A stretch of DNA of 64,000 bases, from NCBI GenBank assembly GCA_963693365.1, contig CAVNZM010000017.1, positions 2,967,527 to 3,031,526 on the forward strand, in the 5' to 3' direction. The DNA is from Amoebidium appalachense. Taxonomy: Eukaryota; Protista; Ichthyosporea. The notes below the pieces were generated by a model, which saw only the letters and a list, made by a program, of their open reading frames with translations, ran no database searches and was not told where the DNA came from. This document shows, in pieces, positions 52,776-64,000 of the stretch. The translations under genes and the position numbers were made by a program. Positions within the stretch are counted from its first letter, which is position 1. Each line of letters starts with the position of its first letter.

Positions 52776-52913
52776 ATCCGCATTAGGCAGACCACCCCCC
52801 CCCCCTACCCGAGGGTCGAAAAGAGGTGGAAATTTCAGTGTTTATAAGCCGGAGGTCGTTTCCTTTGGGGTGATCCAAGGCTGTGTTTTTTTTTCTCCCT
52901 CTTTTTTGTCTGT

Positions 52914-52952
<39 letters not shown>

Positions 52953-53102
52953 GTGTGTGTGTGTGTGTATGTGTGTGTGTGTGTGTCCTGGGATGGTGGT
53001 TGTTGTTGCAGGTTGAAGCTTCTTGCTGAGCAGCTGGCGATGAGGCCTTTGATTCATGGTTGTACATGTGTTTTCTTTTCTCTCTTCTTTTTTATTGTCC
53101 CA

Positions 53103-53163
<61 letters not shown>

Positions 53164-53994
53164 TTTGTCTTTGTCTTTGTCTGGGTGTGTGCGCCTCTGT
53201 ACATATGTGCATGTGTGCGCTGAGCGTGTTGTGGGGAGCAAGGGGGGAAGAAATAGGAGGAGGAAGGGGAGGGGGAGAAGGGATAATGTATGCCCAGAGT
53301 TATTTGACTTTTTTTTTTAAAAAATCTGTTTATGTATACTACATTACTCAGTTTTTTGGTTGTTTTATGATTATGCCTCGCAGCAGAAATTTAAATTCGA
53401 ATGGATATAGAGGCGGGCAATACTTGCCCTCAATAAAACACGTGTTGTATGCTGATGATTATGAAACATGTTTTATACAACTAATAAAAAAGTAGGGTTG
53501 TTGATATGTTTACATGAATTAAGGCGGCAACAATCTGTTTCGAAGGTTGTGCATCTGATATTGCTTTTCAACAACAGCGACAGAGGAAGATTCTCCTAAT
53601 GAAGCTTAGTGTTGTTTTTCAAGCACGATGTTGAAACAGGGAACAGGTCAGCCATCTAGTCTACAAAATGTAGACATTATGCCGCAGATAGGGAAATGAT
53701 GTAGAATAGATTGAGCATTGCGGGTACGTCACCAATTCCAGACTAGACAAGCGGGTGGCTCACGGCTCGCGATAAAAAATATAAAAGTTGAAGTGCCTTT
53801 TTTCTTACAGGTACTTTTCTTTTACGAACGAAAGGGAGCCCTACGTATACATATGTATGATATGTTGTACATATGTCGACTTCTTGAATGAGAGAGTATA
53901 AGAGAGAGAGAGAGAAAAAGAGAATGCCACGTTCATAGACCCACACTTATCAACACAACATGTTTTTCTCGGAACATGCAAATGTAAAGCAAGG

Positions 53995-54403
53995 AATGTG
54001 TTTACACGAGCGCAGTCCAAGCAGTTCCGGTCTGTTGCAAAAACAGGTGGGTAACTTCATGTTTGAGTTCTGGGTTTAGAACAACTGCCCTTGGCCTAAG
54101 TGGGGTCTTTAAGACGCAAGGTGTTAGGTGGAGAAAGGGGAAGACTGAAAATGGCAAGCACGTCGTGGCTTTGGGGGGTGACAACCAGGGATAGGACAAC
54201 TGTACTTGTAACAGGTTACATATATGGGCCCCATTTTTCGTTACGAAGGCTTGACCACCGTTTATCCTCGTCCACCACCTGTATTAAACCTCGCATCGAT
54301 TAAATCGTAGTCTTCTCCCTGCTTCATGCAACGCCTTTGTGTGACTCAATTTCCATCGTACCACGGATCCGGAGCTTGTCTCCGCTTACACAGATAACCT
54401 GCC

Positions 54404-54453
<50 letters not shown>

Positions 54454-54634
54454 CCCCCCCCCCGGCCCCTCTCGTTTATTCGCACACCACCACCCAAACC
54501 CATGCCCGATCCCTCCCAACAAACTAAGGATGAGCTGAGCTTATGAGGCACACTCTTCGTGTGTTTTTCTTTCGTTTCTGCATATGTTGTCCGTCGTGGT
54601 TGTGCGGTATTCAGCGACACCTTCTGAAACCTCC

Positions 54635-54677
<43 letters not shown>

Positions 54678-56188
54678 ACACACACACACAGGCCAACGGC
54701 GGCTTGTCCATGTTCTTGACCTCCCCGACTAGGTCTTACTACTCATCCTCGCACGGCTCGGCACCTCATCACGCATCTCACCAAGCACCGTGTGTCGCCG
54801 ATTGTACGATTTGACACATTCCCCACGTTTGGGTAACATCTCCGTTCCGATTGTGTGGATTCGAGACAACCCGACGACGAAAAGTATTGATGCGTTGGAG
54901 CGTTTCATCGTGCATTGGATGAAATGCATCGATTCCATAGAGTGCGAATGGGACTTGGCGAATGAAGAGTTCCAGAGGATGGTTTGTGTTCTTCGACAGG
55001 CCCGAAGATGAAAAGGCTGAGGATCACAGACAGGCAAGGAGGGGTACAAGAGCATTCTGCTCTCTTCCCATTCATCATCCAGGGGTCAACATCGATCGAG
55101 AGCGTTTGGGTGATCAGGGACGTGTGATCAGGGACGTTGCTTGGAAACCACACGACCGCCAATGGAGCCCGGAAGACCACGATGCTGCGATCATGTGGTC
55201 CCTCATGGTGCTTAAATGTTCCTGATCGTCCCCGCATCTCAGAGACATGCATGTGGCGGGGTTCATGCTCTACCTCCTCCCTACGAACATACCTAGTCTT
55301 CACATCGGCCGGGTGGAATGCACAGCGACGTCCATGAGCATTTCCGACTTCTCCTTCATGTCTCATATATGGCCACAGAATGCATTCAACCCCACGCCCA
55401 GCCCATTGACCAACCTCACGCGGCTGCACATTGATCGGCTGTACACGTTTGGGATCGGTGAGATCTCCGCTTTGGGCTTCTGCCGCAATCTAGAACGTCT
55501 GAAAATCGTTCACGTGTTACGGGAACCCAATAACAAGATCCAATTGGGCGAAATCGTGAGCCTCTCGCCGCTTTCGGCATGCACGCGGCTCACGTTCCTA
55601 CAGGTGGCGCCGTGCGCGCTTGCAAACGACATCCCTTTTCTTCCCGCGCTGAAACGGCTCTGTGTATCCGTCCTGGGCGTGAAACCAGGCAAGACGGGGC
55701 TTCTTACGCCGGCGGGGATTCTTCTCATGACCACGTGCACGTCGTTGGGGATTTTCTTCCAAAGCCCTTCCCATATCGTTTCCCAGCGAGGGCAGGAACC
55801 AATCACGAACCTCGCTCCTATTCTCGGGTCGTTTCCGCGGCTCACCCGTCTTAATTTGTGGCTGCTTTTTCCACCAATCGACGGTATCGAAAAACTGTCG
55901 GCGCTCACCAGCCTCGTTTTGGACGGCGGCATACCTTTGTGCCCCGTTTACCGCACTCTGTATTGCAGCCCTCCGCTGCAATTGATCGGTTCGTGTTCCC
56001 TGCTCAAGGATTTGCGCATAGCGACGCTCGATGGCGCGTCAGTCTCGGATCTTTCCTTTTTAGGAAAGTGTGCCGCCCTGCAGGTGTTGGCTCTGGAAGA
56101 CCTGCCGTTGGTGGGTAATGACGTCATCTGTTTGCTGGCCGGCCTGCAAAGCCTGAGGTGGGACTTTCAACCCCTTTCCCCCCCCCCC

Positions 56189-56240
<52 letters not shown>

Positions 56241-58314
56241 ACCTCCTTCCCCCAAACTCTACAGCACTTTTCAAACTCCCCCCGCTCCCCTCCTTGCCCG
56301 CATGGTGAAGGTGGGCTTTGCTTATAACGCATGCCCTTTGTCACCGTGCTCTTTTGTGGAAATGTGCTTGATGTGGGCCACTATGGATGTGTACTTCGTG
56401 CTCTGTGACACATGTGAAACCCCCCCCCCCCCCCCCCCCCCCTCCCCCTATCCCCCACCCCAACCCACACGCACATTCCCAGCCACCACGTCACGTGCAG
56501 GACGCGCATAAGATCTGTACCAACCGTTAGGTCTTTCCGACACTCGTCAGCCTGCTAGGATGTCCGTGTACACACACACAGGGAGAGGGAGGGAGGGAGG
56601 GATGGAGGGGGGGCAGGGAGGGAGGGAGGGAGGGAGGGGGAGAGGGAGGGAGGGAGGGAGAGCAACCATGTGCACGATCACACACTCACACCCGCACACA
56701 CACACACACTTAAGTATACCTATGAGCACGTACACACGGCCTCACATCAAAAACATGGGCACACACACACATGCCGCACGCAACACACATACATTGACAC
56801 ACAGACAGACTTAAGCTCACTAACATGCAGATGACTATATTCCCACACACATGCACATACAATCACATTTGTAGTCATCTACAGAACCCCCCCTCCCCCC
56901 CCTCCCCCCCCCCCCCCCTTCCCAAAAAAAAATAAAAATAAAAAATACACACACACACACACACACACACACCCACCCACCCACCCATTTACACAGAAAT
57001 CCACACGTACTCCCCCCCCTCCCCCCCCCCCCCCCTCTCCCAAACACCACCCACCCACCCAACCCCCCCCCCCACCCCCTCCCCCCTCCCCGGCCCACCT
57101 CCCCCCCCCCCCTCCTCCCCGGCCACACACACACACACGTACACACACACAGAGAGAGAGACCTTACTCTTATTGGACTGCCTCTGACTACCGTTGCCTC
57201 CCTGAGCACCTGTCCGACCCTCTGCCGTCTGTTGCTGCAATCCATGCCCCCTTAAAGACATCTCTGCTCTGGCCCACTCTCGCTCCCTCGACCCGCACTA
57301 CTTAAAGGTGCACTCGTGCGGTGTGTCTGATCTGCATGTGCAGCGCGCACAAGCACGCTTAAGGAGGGTAAGTGGTGTTGATGTTATTCTCTCCTCCCCA
57401 TATCCTTTTTGTGCGTCGGTTATATGCTATACACCATATAAATCAATATTTGCCTCGATAATAATGTCTGGTTTCTCATGCTCGTGTGTTTGCCCCTTGG
57501 ACTGCACGCACCACCAACCCTATTATTTACCCCCCTCCCCTCCCCTCCCTTCCACCCCTTCCCCCCCGCCCCCCCTTGCCCCCCCACCTCTCTCTCTCGC
57601 GGGCGCACGCTCCGAAGTGAATGGGTTGACATTCGGTTACTGTGTACTTCTTCCCCCCCCCCCCCCCCCCCCTCCCCCTCCTCCCCCCCCCCCCCCCCCC
57701 CCCCCCCCTCCCCCCTCCTCCTCCTCCTCCTCCTCCTCCTCTGAAGATGGGCTCTGCTTAAATGTACTCTTTGTGTGTGATTTGTACTCTGCATTGTGTT
57801 GTCCATCATGCATGTGTACTTCTGTAACTCTGCAACACATCCGCCCCTCCTCCTCCTCCCCCCCCTCCCCCCCCCCCCCCCCCCCCCCCCCCCCTTCCCC
57901 TCGGGGTGTGCCCGGCATCTTCCCTGCCTTTTCCGGAGACCCTGATGGGCTTTTTGTCTCTTTCTTTCAGGCCAATTAAGTTCACCAAAGCACAAGTCCA
58001 CACTGGCATTGCAGACTCGAATATTTGGTTTGCTCACGTGCATATTTGCGTATGCCCGTATTCACACATATTGAAACGCGCCCAATTATGAAGGCAACAC
58101 GAAATATGAACGGTCGGTAGTGGCAAGAATTGATTGGTTTGTAGGGAGCCTGGTGGTGGTGGTGGTGGTGGTGGGGGTGGGGTGGGTGGGCATGTGTGTG
58201 TGTGTGTGTGTGTGTCACGGGGGGGGGAGGGGGGGGGGGGGGGTTCGTTAGCTGACCCACTTCCACTGTCTGCAGGCCCGTCCAAATGCCCACAGTAGGG
58301 ACGCAAGTGCATGA
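53995..58314 (+). pseudogene. F-box / LRR tandem copy 3, pseudogene
   Basis: Homologous exons 53995-54046, 54692-56157, ~57160-57367 and 58276-58314. Lesions: in-frame start ATG replaced by AAT, TAG at 54730-54732 inside the F-box, frameshift at ~54985, 14-bp duplication at 55110-55137, TGA at 55223-55225, and a 2-nt deletion at ~57250. Confidence 0.88.
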
Positions 58315-58553
58315 ATATGCATTGGATCCCCCTCCTGAAGGTCTACTGAAGTGGTGGAAATTATCCAAAGGTCTTTTTCTGTTAGGGTCCTTCAAGGCAG
58401 CGGTTTTTTTTTGTTTTTTTTTGTTTGTTTGTTTGTTTGTTTGTTTGTTTGTGTGTGTGGTTTGTTTTGTTGCAGGTTGATCTTCTGGCAGATGATGATG
58501 GTTTTGATTGGTGTTTGGATTTTCTTTACCATCGTCTTTTTTCAATCCCTAAT

Positions 58554-58612
<59 letters not shown>

Positions 58613-59258
58613 TCTGTACGGTACCCCTGTATGCATGCGTGTTGTGCACGTGGGAAGCAGGATAGGAAGGATGGGGGCAAGGGGGGAGGGGGGTAGGGAG
58701 GGAGGGGGGTAGAATTATTTGACGTTTTCTGGTTATGTATAATAGTCCTTACCACGGAAATGTGTGTGTTGTGGAATGTAGGGACTCGGAAGAATGGAGA
58801 GCGGGAGGGGGGGGGTTAAATTCTGGTTATGTATAGTAGTCGTTACAATAGAAACATGAATGAATATTTGGAGAGAGAAAGTAGGTTTGTAGATGGCAAA
58901 TGCATCCGTTTGTATATTAATGATAAATGATATTGATTATATATATATTTACAGTACATGAATAAACCGGCAACAGTTAACATTCGAGTCTGACGCGTAC
59001 GTACGCATGGGCCTGCCAGAGTGAAATTCGAAAGAACGGGCGCGATGACGTCTTCCTTCTTGGCTGTAGTGCACCCGGTGCACTTTCGTATGGTGGACAT
59101 TCAGACATGTACGGAATAAATGCCAGTCTGGAATATATGTTACCCTCGTACATACACGTGCCTGCAGCTATTGGATTTTAAAAATAATATTGATAAAAAA
59201 AATTATGAGTTCGAGACTATGTGGGTGCGTGCAGGTCTGGAAAATCATTTGCCCACAG

Positions 59259-59298
<40 letters not shown>

Positions 59299-60339
59299 CG
59301 GTGTGTGTGTCCGGGGCCGGGGGGGAAGCCGAGGGGGCGGGGGAAGGTCTTTCACTGAGGCGTGACAGTGTGTGGGTCCGGGTAAACTTTGTGAATGACT
59401 GGCCGGAATAAAGGTTGAGCGCAATGAGCGCAAACACACTACTAGGGAACATCTGCAGGTGAGTCCAAGATGGGCCGCTTCAAGTTTGTGAAACTTATGA
59501 CGTTGCATATGAAACTTTGTTCGACGATGAAATATCGGTGATAGGGAAATACAGGAAGTTTTGGCATGCAAAAGTATAGGTATTATCGCGGAACAAGCAA
59601 AAAAGTCATAACAACAACAACAAAAAAAAATAGGAATAGAATAAATACGTAACTGGACCCGGTGTTGGTAGGCACCGAGGAAAAACACCGATTATATTTA
59701 ATTCATAACATGCACGAGAATTATTGACACAGTTTTGCACGACGGCAGAGGGTGTGTAAAAAAAAAAAACACGTATTGGCAGTCGCCACGTTTTCATTTT
59801 CTGCTTGAACAAGTGAGCAAAACACAAAGGAGATTCCAAGAGTGTCGGGCGTTTATTTCTCACAGCCGAGCAGCGTAACCTACAGGGGGCATACACGCCA
59901 GCCGCCGTTTACATTCACACACACACATATCCTAATCCTACGCGCAAAGACCATGCCACACCTACAAGGTGCGGTAATACAAAACCAAAAACACAACAAC
60001 CCTGCACAGAAAAAATGTAACTTTGCAGCCGCGGACACCTCTAGGAAAGTATAAAATGACACGTACACGAACATGGTACACGCACACCGCACCTAAAAAC
60101 ACACACACACACACAATACCACCCTGTCTAATAGCAGGCATAGAATACGAGCACAGGTCAGCTCTTATCCACCACGCCCGCCTTCTTCATCCAGGCTCAA
60201 TCTTTTTTTTTTTTTTCCTTTCTTTTTTCGTTTTTCTTTTGGGAAAGGGGGGTCAACTCCAAAATACTCCAAACTCCTAAAACCAAAAACAACCTATATT
60301 AACCCAAACCAACACAATCCTTTAACCCTCTACCCACAC

Positions 60340-63737
<3,398 letters not shown>

Positions 63738-64000
63738 CTGCGCGCGCATCACAGATGTGAGGAATCGACCCAGCATGCCATTTTGCGCAATATCGACAAG
63801 GAGGGTCCCAAAACTTCGGCATCACGAAAGGATCCCAGCTCTCCAGCATCACGAAAAGTGTAGTTCATAGCCTGCGAGTCAGATTCTTTCCCTAGAAGCA
63901 CAAACCCACCCCACATAGTATCCCCCTTCTCTCCAATCGAGCCATCCACTTGTCACATGGGTGTCATCAACAACCAGGCCAACATCATTCCCACTGCATA

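Overview
Eukaryotic, intron-rich genomic DNA. The gene content suggests an opisthokont, possibly a unicellular holozoan or fungus (inference only). Introns and intergenic DNA are full of poly(G)/poly(C) runs and (GA)n, (CA)n and (TA)n microsatellites, so nearly all ORFs in the supplied track are spurious. Manual splicing gives, in order: four decayed copies of an unidentified coding-like repeat (1-6500); an orphan 4-exon Spt6 fragment; a frameshifted, apparently intronless secreted trypsin-like protease; a 9-exon Agd3-like (CE18) secreted polysaccharide deacetylase (minus); an 11-exon TATDN1-type nuclease (plus, one GC-AG intron); a 6-exon isochorismatase-domain gene with a 10-nt micro-exon (minus); three tandem F-box/LRR genes (two intact, one pseudogene); and the 3' part of a cytoplasmic poly(A)-binding protein gene (minus). 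The main unexplained signal is a ~100-110 nt non-coding element found in introns of four unrelated genes. All 12 copies found lie on the transcript-sense strand, and most end in a branch-point-like motif plus a poly(C) run. Two single-base indels in G runs of the PABP gene suggest homopolymer errors in the assembly, which weakens the frameshift-based calls. No rRNA, tRNA or CRISPR array was recognised.
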